DNA of 64,000 nucleotides from Epiperipatus broadwayi (Eukaryota > Animalia > Onychophora), in contig JAQFVV010000009.1 of assembly GCA_028023455.1 (NCBI GenBank), forward strand, positions 13,268,001 to 13,332,000. The letters are read 5' to 3'. Below the pieces are notes generated by a model that was not told the DNA's origin, ran no database searches, and worked only from the letters and a program-made list of their open reading frames with translations. Shown in pieces: positions 1 through 13,329 of this stretch (its first letter is position 1; each line of letters begins with the position of its first letter). The translations under genes and the position numbers were made by a program.

Positions 1-2021
1 ATTAAACTGTAAGAATAATAAAAATGGAGGGAAAAGTACTATTTGGAAAAATCGTAAAATGTTTATTTTTTATTATAGATAAATAAAAATTACATTGACT
101 GGAAGGAATATGGCTGCTGAATCAAAGAATGCAAAATGTGCATGAGTAGTACGTATGGTTTTAGTTTAAGCTGACAATTACTAATTTGAAGATACAAGCG
201 CACAAAAATGATGCTAAAAAACTTTTAAGGTTGAAAATAAAATCATAAGTATAATGTCAAATTGTTTACAATATAATTTTGTTCATCTACCCACTATATG
301 CCATATTACATTGCTAGTGATTTATAAGAAATGTACCAAATTTAAGCAAATTATATTGAATATATTAACCTCAATTTTAAAATTTTATTCTAAATTCAAT
401 AAAATAAGCATTTGATTAAAGCAAATCACTAAACAAAATATAAATATATGATCTCTTGTGCACATTACTAAAAACTTATTGAAGTGATACCAACTTATTT
501 TAGATTTGGAATAAACTATTTGAAACATCATCCAGCCACTGCTTTGTATTTAAAAAACTAGTAACTTACCTAAAATATTTTAGTGTCATATTGCACTGCC
601 TGTGATTGATATCAAATGTATCAAATTTAAAAACAAATTATATTGAATATAAATATAATAAACCTTGATTTTAAAATTTTATTGTAATTTAAATAAAAGT
701 ATTTACAAACAAAACAACAAAGAGAGATTGTAACTTAAATAAACACATTTAAAAATTTTTTGCATTGCATTAATTGCAGAAAATGAGATAGAGAACATTA
801 CATCCTTATATCTTAGCACATACATACTGATATAAAAGTGATTTTTACCATTAATGTTTAGCACAAAATTGCAAACTTTAATGTATATTTTGTACACAAT
901 TGAGAATCTAAAACAAATAAATTGACCTGACTTGTTAATAATTCAACTTTTTCATAAATATATTATAAATATATATAAATTGTAGTTTGTGCAATATATC
1001 TGTAACAATTGTTATGATCATGCATATAGCAATAACTGAATATAAAAAGATTACTGTTAATTTTTTGCTTGACATTTGTTTTGAAAATAAAGGTTCAGAA
1101 TAAAATTCACTTTCTGCTTTTATATAGTATGCACAATTGATCATCAAAATGCAATCAAGATATTTACATAGCACACGGATAAACATACTTTCACCTGATT
1201 TTTTTAACAATTTAACTTTTTTATAAATGCTTATATTATGAAAAATTTATTTCTAATATGTGATGAAGGCTGATCTAAAAGTGCTTGAATATTGAAAAAT
1301 GTCAAATTTCAGAATAACAGGATTTAAGGTTCCTTAACACATATCTAATTTACACAAAATGCTAGACTTAAGTACTTTTTCATGTTAACACAATTTGGTA
1401 TTAACCAAAGTGCAGAAAATATTATAAAAAGAAATAAGCATTTATAGCAAGATATCTTAAAATTAAACTATTTTATTGCTTACTAACTTAAGAATAAAAA
1501 AATTTACTTGCTTTAAAAAACTTTCAAATATTTGATACCTATACTTGATCTACTTCTTATTACTTTGCTTATGATCCATTTATGTAAGTATAAAGAGCCA
1601 GTGGATGACAGAGTCTAGCTCAGAGTCCCAAACTAGTTTACAGCTATTGACTGTTCTCAGTATGAACCACTGTCTATATTAAAGTCATGGTAAATCAAGT
1701 GAGATGATACTATCAGAGACAGATCAAATGTATTTAGAAAAAAATAATAATTCTTTGTGTTTCCATATTTTTGTGTACAAAATGTTTGGAACTTAAAATA
1801 ATTTATTTTAAAATAATTTTAAAATTTCCATTCAATCAACAGTCGGGACTTTTTAATAAAATAAACTTTATCTTTAGATGAATAATGATTTTGCAGAAGT
1901 GGGTTGTATTAATGTTTTGCACAACTGAAACTAATAATTTAGTGCTAAGTAGAATGTGTCTGTAATAATTCTTTTTCTATGTTCAAAGCAAGAAATATTT
2001 AACATAATATTATTTTAAAAG

Positions 2022-2052
2022 TAGTCATATAATTAACAGCTTAGAAGATCAG
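2022..2052 (+). CDS. candidate micro-exon of an unidentified host gene (alternative in-frame acceptor at 2040)
   Basis: ttttaaaag|TAGTCATATAATTAACAGCTTAGAAGATCAG|gtaaga; reads SHIINSLEDQ, ends phase 0; followed by a 76-nt AT-rich intron-like gap to the next candidate. Confidence 0.35.
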
Positions 2053-2128
2053 GTAAGAAACTTTATCCTTTCCTCTAAAGTCATTAAAAAGTAAACATTT
2101 TAATAATTATAATATATATTTATTACAG

Positions 2129-2175
2129 AAAGAGCTGCGAAAGCAATCACACAAAATGCAACAAGGAAATAACAC
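2129..2175 (+). CDS. candidate exon of an unidentified host gene
   Basis: tttattacag|AAAGAGCTG...AATAACAC|gtaaaa; open in phase 0 (KELRKQSHKMQQGNN), in frame with 2022-2052; donor is weak. Confidence 0.35.
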
Positions 2176-2538
2176 GTAAAAAATATATTATATATAACAA
2201 AGTACACTCGGGTCTCGTTTTATGCGGATTTATTTAATGCGATTTTGAAGTTATGCGATTCATGATTCTTCTTAATATCTTTGTATGTGGTTTTCTTTTA
2301 TGCAATAAAAATTATAAGACCAGAAATCGAGCTTTGATAATGTGCTATTACTTTAAATATTATAAATTTCGCGCACTCACGTCATATTTAAAGTAATAGC
2401 GCATTATCAGAGTTCAACTTCCATCTAATAATTTCAATATTTTCAGCGGTTTATAATAGTACTGTAATAGATTTTAGGTAATAAAGAAGTCCATAATTCA
2501 CTTAAAATCAGAATTTCCCTATTTTATATACACACATT

Positions 2539-2812
2539 AAATTTTACAAGACTATAATGTAAATCTGTTCAAACGTTATAGATGAAAAATACTGTGTTTG
2601 TTGTTATTTTTGCATTTTAAATAACATTCTATTTTTGCTTTTTATAAAAAGAGTACATAATTAATCAATCATTTAGTGTCCACAAGGAATAAATTTTACA
2701 AGATTATAATGCAAATCTGTTCAAACGTTATAGATGCCTATACGATGTATGTTGTTGTTTTTGCTTTTTATAAAACGAGTATGTAATCAATTAATCATTT
2801 AGTGTCCGCAAG
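2539..2812. repeat. diverged tandem duplication (first unit 152 bp) inside pogo copy 1
   Basis: aaattttacaaga(c/t)tataatg(t/c)aaatctgttcaaacgttatagatg...atcatttagtgtcc(a/g)caag starts at 2539 and again at 2691. Confidence 0.8.
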
Positions 2813-3112
2813 TTTATTTTTAAAAGGAGAGTAACAGCAGAGGGCACAATTAAATTTGACAATTAAAATCTGATTTTTAATTGTAATTAACAATTTAAAA
2901 ATTACGTAACGAGGTGATATGAAACGATGAAATTTGATTTTTAAACGGAATTGAAAATTAAAGACAAAAATAAGAATTTAATTTTTAATTGTTAGTTTTA
3001 ATTAAATTTTGCCCAACAGTGTCTTTTTATTATCGTAAGTCTAAGTTCTTATTTTTATTTTAAATTTTTAGTTTACTCTAACAGAGAGAAAAAAAAACAC
3101 CCAAGAAAATGA

Positions 3113-3196
3113 ATTTCTTTGGAAACAAAAATTTCAATTTTAGATCGCTTAGCGAAATGGGAAGCATCAATAGCGATTGGAAAACATTTTAGTTGT
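3113..3196 (+). pseudogene. pogo/Tigger transposase N-terminal CENP-B/psq-type HTH remnant
   Basis: translates ISLETKISILDRLAKWEASIAIGKHFSC, resembling the Tigger/JRK N-terminal pattern (xLExKIxILDRLxKGExxxxIAxxF); the rest of the transposase is deleted. Confidence 0.65.
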
Positions 3197-4594
3197 ATTT
3201 CCTCTTGACTTCGTTTAAGGAGAAGCTATAGTACCTCACATCATATCACATCATGACGAATCTGATGTCTCAAATAGCGATATTAAGTAAAATACCATAC
3301 ATGTATGAAAAAAATGTAAATTACGCATAAAAATATATTGTTTTGAATAAAATTAAATACTGTAGTTAATAAAAAAAGTTTGTCTTGTATCAATTTTTTT
3401 CAAATTTGAAATTTTTTATTAGTCATATTTTATTTATTTTTTTTTTTATGCGAATTTTAAAGTGATTTTATGTTGTTGCTTTGCTTTTATGCGATCTTTG
3501 GAAAATTACAGTACATATCCCCCATTTTCAAGGTAAGTCTATTTTTGTGCGATTTCTTTTGTGCGCCGTTTCTGAGGAACCTATCTACCGCATAAAATGA
3601 GACCCAGGTGTAATCTCAAATCATATTTACGAAAACGTATAAATACAATTAAAAAAAGAGATAAATATTATATTTTTTTCATTTAAGAAAAGAATGTATA
3701 GCTGAATAAAGTTAGACTTATTGCATACTTCCCTTCTCAAATTATTTATAAAATGTTTATATTTTAAATATTTAATTATTTACTTATTAACAGTTATATA
3801 TATATAAAATCTTAAATAATAATAAAAAATGCTTATCTTTTTTAACATTCTTTAATATATTAGATGCACTAATAACATTCACTGAAATTGCTATCTTCTT
3901 GCATATACACATCTTTGTTATTGTGCAAAAGCAATTTTTTTTTTTAGAATATAAAAAATTTCATTTATTGACTAAATTTATAAGCTGAATCAATAAGATA
4001 TAGAGGCAAGCACTTCATAAAGAGTCATTAAAAATAAAGGTTTATTATATAATCAATTGGAATGTCCATTTGATTAGCTGATCTTATAGCATCGTGCGCC
4101 TGCTGTTCAGAAAAGATTTGAGATCTGATAAAAACAAATTTCAGATTCTTAGCAAGATGATATTCTGATTGACCAGTCATTGTTATACATTCTCAACATC
4201 ATAAAAAATAAATATAAATAAAGTTACATCAATAAAAAAAAACTTAAGATTGTTCTCTAAATATCTGTATAACAGAATGTTATACTCGTTTTTTGTTTTT
4301 TTTTAATTAATTTGTAATACTTTTTTATTATTGCGCAAATAAAGAGGAAAAGAATATATATATAAAAGAAATGTAAAAAAATAAATAAATGCAAATGTAA
4401 TACAATTGTATAGATAAATAGAAGAGGTGATTTATTAGACAAACTAACCAATAATAACTAAAACTGTTCATAGATGAAAAGCAGAGAATATATATATAAA
4501 ACATTAATAAATAAATATGTGCATTTAGTGCGAGAGTAAAAAAATTAATTTGCTTTAAAAGGTTTGAAGAATATTTATTATCAAAATTAGCATA

Positions 4595-5090
4595 AACTGA
4601 TGAAAGAACTTGTCTAGAAGAAACTTGAAATCTTTGCTTACAGATTTCTCCCTTGGAATTTAATGAATGCTTTTAATTTCTTTCTTTCTCCACAGGGAGT
4701 TTTAAAATTAATTAGAAACAATAACAGAAATATTGTTTAATGAATATTGAATTTCTTATTAGTAAATTACTTCAAAATCATTCAAGCACATCTGTAAAAT
4801 TAATTCAACTTAGAAGTGACAATGCAATTAAAAAAAGAGAAAGGGAACTAACTAGTAGGCCTTCTTTAAAAAAAAAAACTTCGTGAAAGTATAGTACCGA
4901 AATAAATTCAGACCTCACAAGAACTGTATCTAGTCCAATGAAGCAAACACTAGTGATAAAAATGACTACAAATAATCATTTCAAAATTTAATCATTCCGA
5001 TGGGATAAGAGAGGAAAAAAAAATTTAAAACATATATATCAATGGAGATTTTCTATACAAATTTGAAAGAAAAAATCATTAGTCAGTCAA
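4595..5090 (+). mobile_element. possible decayed Penelope-like 5' region
   Basis: CTGATGA-AAG..CTT-GAAA hammerhead-like string at ~4597-4632, strong acceptor tttctttctttctccacag at ~4697, then broken frames MNIEFLISKLLQNHSSTSVKLIQ and QNLIIPMG loosely resembling PLE N-termini. Confidence 0.25.
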
Positions 5091-5299
5091 AATGATTTTT
5101 TATGAGAAATGATTGATGATTCAGGATAAACACAAAAGTAATTATTTTCAAAAATTATTTTAAATTGTTATTATTTAGAACGTCCTCAATTCGATGTTAA
5201 TTCGTGAAATGACGTGACCGGCTTTATATATATAAAACAACACAAAAATAGCCTATCATTAATTTGGTTTTTCGGTCATTATTGTAATATAAATTCCTC

Positions 5300-5800
5300 A
5301 TTGCTAGTTATTCTTCTCACTACCAACCCTTATAAGTCCATATACTTTTCCTAATCATTATATATGACTCAATAAAACAATTTCAAGCAGAAGTCCAAGC
5401 TTAAATTGATCAAAAATTCATTTTCTTTAAAGTCCAATTTATTTATTGTTAAATCTCCAGCAAACATCATAGTTCAAAAACATCAATACTTTTCCTATTC
5501 TTTAATGATCAACTTCAATACCCACTGAATCACATATAATATCAGAGCTAAAATAATTCTGATCTTTTTTAAAAAAAGATATTTTTATATTAATATTCTG
5601 CAACATTTGAATGCTGGAATCTTTTGTTGTTGACAAATGGTCCAAGTAGACAAAAACTATCATCAATTTTTGTCTTTCATGTGCACCTTGATAACATACA
5701 TGATAGATAAGCTAACCAGTTAGGATAATAATATACAATTCTGTCTATTTAACTATAGCTAGTTCCAAAAGCAACTCTCCATATGGTCTGCTTTTCAAAG
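5300..5800 (-). mobile_element. decayed non-LTR retrotransposon APE endonuclease relic (CR1/L2-like)
   Basis: minus-strand peptides RPYGELLL (cf. GRPxGG) and MMFAGDLT (cf. IIAGDFN) amid stops. Confidence 0.3.
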
Positions 5801-7308
5801 TTTTAATGACATTGAAATAACAAAATATTATGAAGAATGATTTCATTCATTTATTCATGAATGAGTTTCTACCATCCCCCAATCTTTTTTTTCTTGCTTT
5901 CCTCAACTGATTTATGAAGCAGTAAAAACATCATGTTATTCTACAACTGCACATTCATAATTGTACAAACTTAAATGAAGTTATAACCAATGAGGATCAT
6001 GATATAATATTTATTATAATAATTAAGATTTAAAAAGAACCATATTTTTAGTGCTATAAGTTTTTGTTCATTGATATATATTTTCCAATTACTAGTAACT
6101 TCTTGATACGAGCTATTAATTATTAGATTTCAATTTTTATATGTCTTTCATAGTGCAAAAATGTTTATTTTTATTAATTGTTTAGTTAGTTTGTTTTATG
6201 AATACAAAATGCTTGTATCTATAGTAGCAGATGAAGACTTTTGACCTTTATCCTAAGAAAATCTACTAAAGTGTTCATTTGGTAAAGTATTATATTTGAA
6301 TGCCTAAAGTTGTCCAAGTATTATGTTTTTGTGATACTTGATTACAAATTCTTTGTTGGAGAACGTCCTCTTTTGCTTCTACGTTAAATAAAAAAATTAA
6401 TGTAAACTTTAAATAAATTTTAGTGCATTTTCTTAACTATTTTTATATCACTATCATTTTCTCCTTTTTTTTCTTTTGCAACAATTATATTATATAATTA
6501 TCACAGCAGTTAATCATATATCTTAAAGTGGTGGCTCATTGAAACAAGTATTACATATCAGCAAATAAAGTTTCTGGATCAAGTACAATGGAGAAAGGAA
6601 TTCAGACCTGTTCTATTGAAAAAAATTACTGTGCTCCATTAGTCTTATTACAATGGTACTACTCTTATTACACTGGTACCAAATATTGTCCAACTTCACA
6701 ATCAATTAATAAAGTGAATAAATAAATAATCTTATAAATAGTATTTCTCGAGATCTTCATGAATTAGTGAATAATATATCCACATGACTTATTCATAACT
6801 TGAAATTCAAATCCAGCCCAGGAAAATTATAAATTGTTTTAAAAATCATTTGCATACTTATGATTTTTCTTTCAGTGATTCAGCCTTATTATCAATTCAA
6901 CTAGCCATCTAGTTTTGAATTCTAACTGGGGTATCAAGTTAGTAATTATAGGATAAATTTTCTAGATTAATCTGGGTTGATTATATGGATGTTGATGCTT
7001 TGATTATAAGAATAATAAATGTAATATGATACAGACTCTTGTGGAGCTGTCATATTTTTATGGGTCCTGTAACTATGGTTTACCTTTCTTCAGAATGACC
7101 AATGGTGCCCTCTATCCATCATGCTGGTAATCACTCCCTTCTTATTTCACTATCACTTTCCCAAATATGAAATTATATAGTTTTCTAAAATGAATTTTAA
7201 CATCTAGGACACATTTTTATATTTTTTAACCCAAAGTAGAATAATGACATTTTATTTTATTTAAACTATTTTACTGTTGGATTATTGTAAAATATATATT
7301 TACTACAG

Positions 7309-7339
7309 GTTCAAGAATTTACACATCAGTCACTGTCAG
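7309..7339 (+). CDS. candidate 31-nt micro-exon of an unidentified host gene
   Basis: tttactacag|GTTCAAGAATTTACACATCAGTCACTGTCAG|gtaaga; canonical acceptor and strong donor; all three frames open, so phase is unresolved. Confidence 0.45.
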
Positions 7340-7568
7340 GTAAGAACTAATTTAAAAAATATTAAGATATCTAAAAATCACTTCAGAACTGATTTCTATT
7401 TTTGGTCATTTTGTTAAATTTTTAAGTATTGTAAATAAGAATACTACTAAATGTAAATTCTACATAAATGAATGTTATATTAGTTGGAATATTATTGATT
7501 CACCAATTTAAGATTCAGTGTTTCTGACTCATTCTTAAATGTTATGCTTTAAGTTAAAAAAAAATGGT

Positions 7569-7678
7569 TTTATTGCTCAAGAGTTCATAAGAAGTTTGAG
7601 TACCAAAAGTGCCAGCTCCAGAATAGATCCTAGGACTACATATTCCAGAGACACTTTACCACTGATCTAAATTCTGCA
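7569..7678 (-). mobile_element. short tRNA-headed SINE, family A
   Basis: reverse complement has CAGTGGTAAA head and CTGGCACTT...CTTATGAAC..AGCAATAAA body shared with 10400-10507 and 21235-21340. Confidence 0.55.
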
Positions 7679-10399
7679 CAAACATATACAAAGATATAAA
7701 TATATAGTCAAATGTGGATGTGAATATACTGTTCTTTATAAAAACTAATAATTAAATTTAGATTTCTAAAAAAAAATGTAATTTCATTGATTAATTCATT
7801 AATAATCATTTTTAATTAAATTAATTTTTACATAATATAAAATGTAAAATTAGATATGAAAAAAAAATCAATAAAAAGTTTTTAAAAGAGAAGCAAAGTT
7901 TAATCAAAGTGAAAGCCAACTAACCCTTTTACTGTTATTACCAATATTCATTTTTATAATCTAATTAATAAAATAAAAAAGATTTTTTTTAAAGCTTTGA
8001 GAATTGTACTTAATAATAATAACTCAAGATCAAAACTGTCAATATCCTATATTTGCAAGAAAGGTCAGTAAAACAAATTACCAAGTACTTAAAACAAAAA
8101 AGACATGAACTTAGAAAATGATCTCCAGTGATATTATCACATTTTACTACTGCTTCACAAGTCTTCATCTGTTGTCCAGCCAGTTAGGAATAACTTGAAA
8201 TATTTCACTGTAAACAGAAAGCAGTTTATTATGAATGACCTTTCTAGGAACTTCCCTTATCCACAATAACATGCTGCTTTTGAGAAGTACATTCTTCAGA
8301 GAAAAATTCAGAGTGCCTTTTGGAAACTACCACAGGTACTTGAATTTGAAGTTATCAAGATATAATAATAACCTGAACCCATTTTTGAAGCCATCAGGAT
8401 ATATTATTTATAGTCATGTATGAATTTGTTTATATAAAGTCATATTGAAGCCACAAGATACAACAAAATCAAATTAATGCCCAATCTAAAAATCTTCTGT
8501 CACTAATGAAGCCACTACAGCTAAAAATAAATCAGTGAATAATAAAAATACATATAAGATTTTTTTAAAAGGGTCATTTCTTTAGCTAAGAATGAAATAT
8601 TAGATTTTTAGCTACCTTATTATTTGATGTAACTACTGGATCTTCACATACTTCTTCTGGCTTTAAATTATAAAATTTATCTTACCACAGTCAAAAAGAC
8701 AGAAAAAAGTTGACAAAGTTAGACATTGCAATTTATATATTTATTATGATATCTCAGATAGAAAGCTTAATCCAAAATCCCTGTCATGAGTAAAATTTAT
8801 ATTAGTATATAAAACGCGTTTTTAAAATATTTCATTCTATATTTATCTCATCTGTAGGTCATGCAAGAAAAAATGCATTTCTCATTTTATAGATTAATAA
8901 TAATTTCTAAATTTAAGTTTTTACTACTAATAAAAAAATAATGTGATTTGCATAACATTTGATATTGAATAAATAATCACGTGGTTTGTTGCTATGAAGT
9001 TAATTGATGTTAGAGCATCATAATGGCAGATTAAGCACAATCCCATACAATTTATTAAACTTAGTCTTCTTAGGCTAAGAATTGATTCGGGAATCTAACT
9101 TTCAAACTGTCATTTTATTGCTTTATTGGAGTGCACAGATCTTGAAACATATCTGGAATTCTTTTGACTATTTGGCTGAGTTTTCATTGCCTATATATAT
9201 ATGAGTGTGTATTATTAATGTGATGGTAGATAAATAAATATACATTTGGCTTATTTATTACAAATATCTGTATATTAAAATAAAATAACTGTAAATCATT
9301 TATTATTTTTGACCAAATGAAATAATATACAATTATTACAAATAATAGTTGTTGGCAGCAGTCAAAATGCTAAATCAATTTATCATTATAGTGAATCAAA
9401 ATTCATGTTTAGAAAAATGTCAAAATTGTCTACAAAATAAATTACTTATGAAACTAAACAAGAAGCAGTGGGATTAATGATTTATTATTACTTTTTTATA
9501 ATGTTTATTCTTTTCAAATGATTTGTGCAGTTTAAAACTTACAATCCCTCCTCCTTCTTTCACTAGAATCTGTTTTGCAACAAAACAGACGTCTTATTTA
9601 CATCACAAGTAAAGAAAAGAAGCTTAACAGATTCGTCCCTACGTTTAATTAGCTATTATTCAAAATAATAATAATAATAAAACTACGCAATTATACGTCT
9701 GTGAGTATAACTTTGAATACTTAATTAATGCAACGCAGAATTACGAGTTTCCAATAGAAATTATTAATTTTTATAGGAAAAAATAATAGGAATTTTTTAA
9801 AAAACCTGTGTTTGGACTTCTCTGAGTTTAGAAACCAAGCTAAGATAGAGCTCAATGCTTAACTAGACTTTCAAAAACAAAAAAAAGGGAAAAATAAAAA
9901 TATACAGCAGATTGCAAATATGCTAATAATCATACATATAGCTATAGTAACTAAAATATAGATAAAAGCTCATTATCGTGAAGTTAGCTGCTCTATAACA
10001 AAATAACATTTTATATGCATAAGATTTAATCCTGACAAAATGTTCCAGTTTCCATCTCAGTTACAATGAAATCTAGCTAACATGAAAATCTTGCATAAAT
10101 GAGATTTGATGTGTTATTTATTTTACAGTGAAATGTTTGTCTGCCTTTCAATACTATTATATCTGCTTTTTTGTTATTGTTGTTCTATATAACCATCTCC
10201 ATATAAATATTATTTTTTCTTGATTACATTGTTCTTCAGTCATTTATTTTATCACACAAACTGTTTACAAAGGTCTTGATATTCTATTTTTCCAATATGG
10301 ACACTTTTTTTTTTTTAAAAAAAAAGAAATTTCATACAATAATATTTATATCTTTTTTCGCCAAAAGTAATGCTTCATTAGAGAGGTTTATGAGTGGTT

Positions 10400-10507
10400 C
10401 TGTTTGGTTTGATGCAGTGGTAAAATATTCAACCAGGAGGTCCCAGAATGAATTCTAGCACCCATAATTCTGGCACTTGAAGTTCTTATGAACCCCCAAG
10501 CAATAAA
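10400..10507 (+). mobile_element. short tRNA-headed SINE, family A
   Basis: ggtttgatgcagtggtaaaatattc...ggaggtcccagaatgaattc...ctggcactt...cttatgaacccccaagcaataaa. Confidence 0.55.
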
Positions 10508-11378
10508 GTAGTAATCAGCCTTTGTTTTTTGTGAACGCTCAACTTTGAGTTTTAATTCATTGCAAGTGATTTTATATATTTGAGTGCTTCAGTTTCATCT
10601 ATTACCTAAGTTTATTATATTTTATTCTTGTGTAATACAGTATTAATTTTGTTAAATAAAAGAAAAAGAGAAATAGGGTGACTTTCAAATTAGGCTGAAC
10701 TTTATTGACACAATGCTAATACAAATAACTTTCAAACCATAAGTACATTCAGTTGAATATACATATAGCAGAAAGACAGTGATCATAGAATTTATAAAAG
10801 AGTGATTTTCAATTGAGGCATAAACTTTGCACAATCAATTTAAAAATTTTTTTGGTACAGACCAGCTTAAGATAGTCTTAAAACTATAAAATATTGAATC
10901 TGATCTGTTCATTCGTGTTTCATTACTTGTTTAATTAAAATCAGATTGTTATTAATATAAATATTTAAAAAAAATCTGCAAATATTCAAACACCATATTT
11001 TATATTAATTTAGGTGTTTTTAAACATTATAATGTATGTATATAATTAAAATTGTGTCTAAATACAGATGCACATTTTGTAAATGTGTGGAATGTTTTGA
11101 ATTATAAAATGTGAGTTGTACTTTACATGCATTTCAATAACTAATAATCAGAATTTTTTTTACAAAATGGTCTCCCATAGGGATACAGTTATATCACTTA
11201 CTATACTTTTAATACATTAATTAATGACTTCCAAAATAAAATGTCAAAAAATCATTTATGCTGATGATATTACTTTGACTTCACAAAAAAGATTATTTTC
11301 AGGAAAAGAATAATCTCTTAATAGAGATATAAAAAGGCTAATGATTTGACATGTGTTCTATACTTTTTTCTTGCATAG

Positions 11379-11411
11379 CTGGGAGTGCCACCAAATTACC
11401 GAAAAAACTAG
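11379..11411 (+). CDS. candidate 33-nt micro-exon
   Basis: ttttttcttgcatag|CTGGGAGTGCCACCAAATTACCGAAAAAACTAG|gtaaac; phase-1 reading AGSATKLPKKL; could instead be part of a repeat. Confidence 0.3.
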   Translation: MGVPPNYRKN

Positions 11412-13329
11412 GTAAACAATGACATTGCCCCTCCCCCCTTAATTAAATAATTTGAACAATAAATATATAAATAGTTTGTGCAGTGGTTTAAAAACCGATA
11501 AATTGTTTATTTTTTCAGTTTTTTTTTCCATGAATAATATGAAGAGTAAGTACATGAATTGCATTTTTTTTTATCTTGTGATCAGTGGACAGTGATGGTG
11601 GAAACATCTCATGGCCTATAAATGGGTAGAAGAAAATTCCAGATGCTTGATCTTATGAGCTGTAGGGGGGGGATCCAAACAATTGCTCTCACAACCTGTA
11701 AGCAGGAACCTCCCTTCTCCCCCTCCAAATAAAAAAAAGCAAAAAAAAATCATTTTGTAACCTCTACTTGCAAATTTCCAATATGCTCCTGAAAAATCTC
11801 TACATGTGAGTAGTCACTAGTGATAACACTGCATTGTCATTTCTGCAGCAGTTCAATTGGCTTGAGGTGTACTCCAAAACAACTTGGGGCAAATTTGGGT
11901 CACCTATGCTGCTGGAAAAAAAAAAGAATGTTGGGAAAATTGACACTGACTCTACGTAGTCGAACTGCCAAACCCACTCTAGCCAAAAGACTGAACCTGT
12001 AAAAAAAATTGGAATTTGTTTTCTTCTTTGTGATAAAAATATTTTTTACCATCTGTCAATTGCAATATTATTTGATACCATCTCATTCATCAAATTGTAT
12101 TACAGTTTTCTTGAATTTTTTTCTTTAAAAAAGCACACATAACACATTATTTTTGTTTGTAAATACAAAAACATCAAAAAAAAAAAATAATTAGACCAAC
12201 CAAACAAACACATTTTCCCATTTCTTGTTCCATTTATTACTTAGGTTTTTCAATTACAATTTGATGATTCTTTCAAGTATGTAAAAAAGCACAGAACACA
12301 TACTAAATCATTATCTATAAAGAACTTTAAAAATTTTTTTTAAAAGCAGGGAACACAAAATGGTAACGCTTATTTATGTATTACCTTTCCTTATATTTGT
12401 CTGCCCAAGTCTGACATAATTCCATCACCAACATATAAATACAATGCTAATCAAACGGGTATCTAATAAATAGTTGGTTTAAAGAGTGAATGAGATTGGC
12501 AGTTGTGGTCAGTTATATTTGTCTAAGGTTGGCCAGATTAAATCCACTATATCTGATATATCTGACTTGTAGTTTATTGTCCAACTGGGGGGGGGGTAAT
12601 TAAATCCTGATGTATAGGTGGTTTGTTATATTTGGTTGCCCAAGCGAGATCAGATTAATTCCTCTGGTGAATAGGTGGTCTGTTACATATATATATTGTA
12701 ACCTAATATTTTCCATCATAATTAATTAATATACCCCAAAAAGCTAAAAAAATTCTTATGTTCTAGTTAAACAAGGTAAATCCACCAATATTATTGGTTT
12801 AGATAGCAGATAATATGATCATAGTACTACATAAAATAATAAAAATTTGCAGAAGGTATTTAAAAATATCTTCTGAGGAGATTTTATTGATCAATGCATA
12901 TCTAAAATATGTACATCTATGTTATTTTTTTGAAAAGCACAATTGACACACACACATAAAATTGATATAAAAAAATATACAAAATAGAATATATTAAATC
13001 GAATACAATAAAATATGAGATTTAAACAGTTCTGCAATGTGTCTGCATGAAATTTCTGTAATTTATAAGTGTAAAACTATTAAATTAATTTATTTTATTT
13101 AGCATTACAATTCAGTTAAAGATATGGTATTATTTTTATTTTCATTTTAATCAATGTCTCAAATTTATATGCTTAGAATCAATGCAGACATTTATAATTG
13201 GCTGCTCTCAGATTTTACCTGCAAAAACTAAAAAAAATTATAAAGAAGATTGTGTAATTTTGATTAATTAAGATGCATGATGACCATAAGCTATAAATGT
13301 GACCTCTTGTCAAAATTCAATCAGTGTGC

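Larger units (their letters stand above)
2205..3610 (+). mobile_element. pogo/Tigger-family (Tc1/mariner superfamily) non-autonomous deletion derivative, copy 1
   Basis: TIRs CACTCGGGTCTCGTTTTATGCGG / CCGCATAAAATGAGACCCAGGTG flanked by TA on both sides; transposase HTH remnant inside; second copy at 59838-60923. Confidence 0.85.

Noticed and set aside
1259-1294. hammerhead-like string TGATGA-AGGC…GCTT-GAATATTG
   Set aside because: Both core halves are mutated and no PLE context is evident.
8616-8660. minus-strand exon candidate PEEVCEDPVVTSNNK
   Set aside because: Weak donor (gtagct) and no supporting neighbouring exons on that strand.
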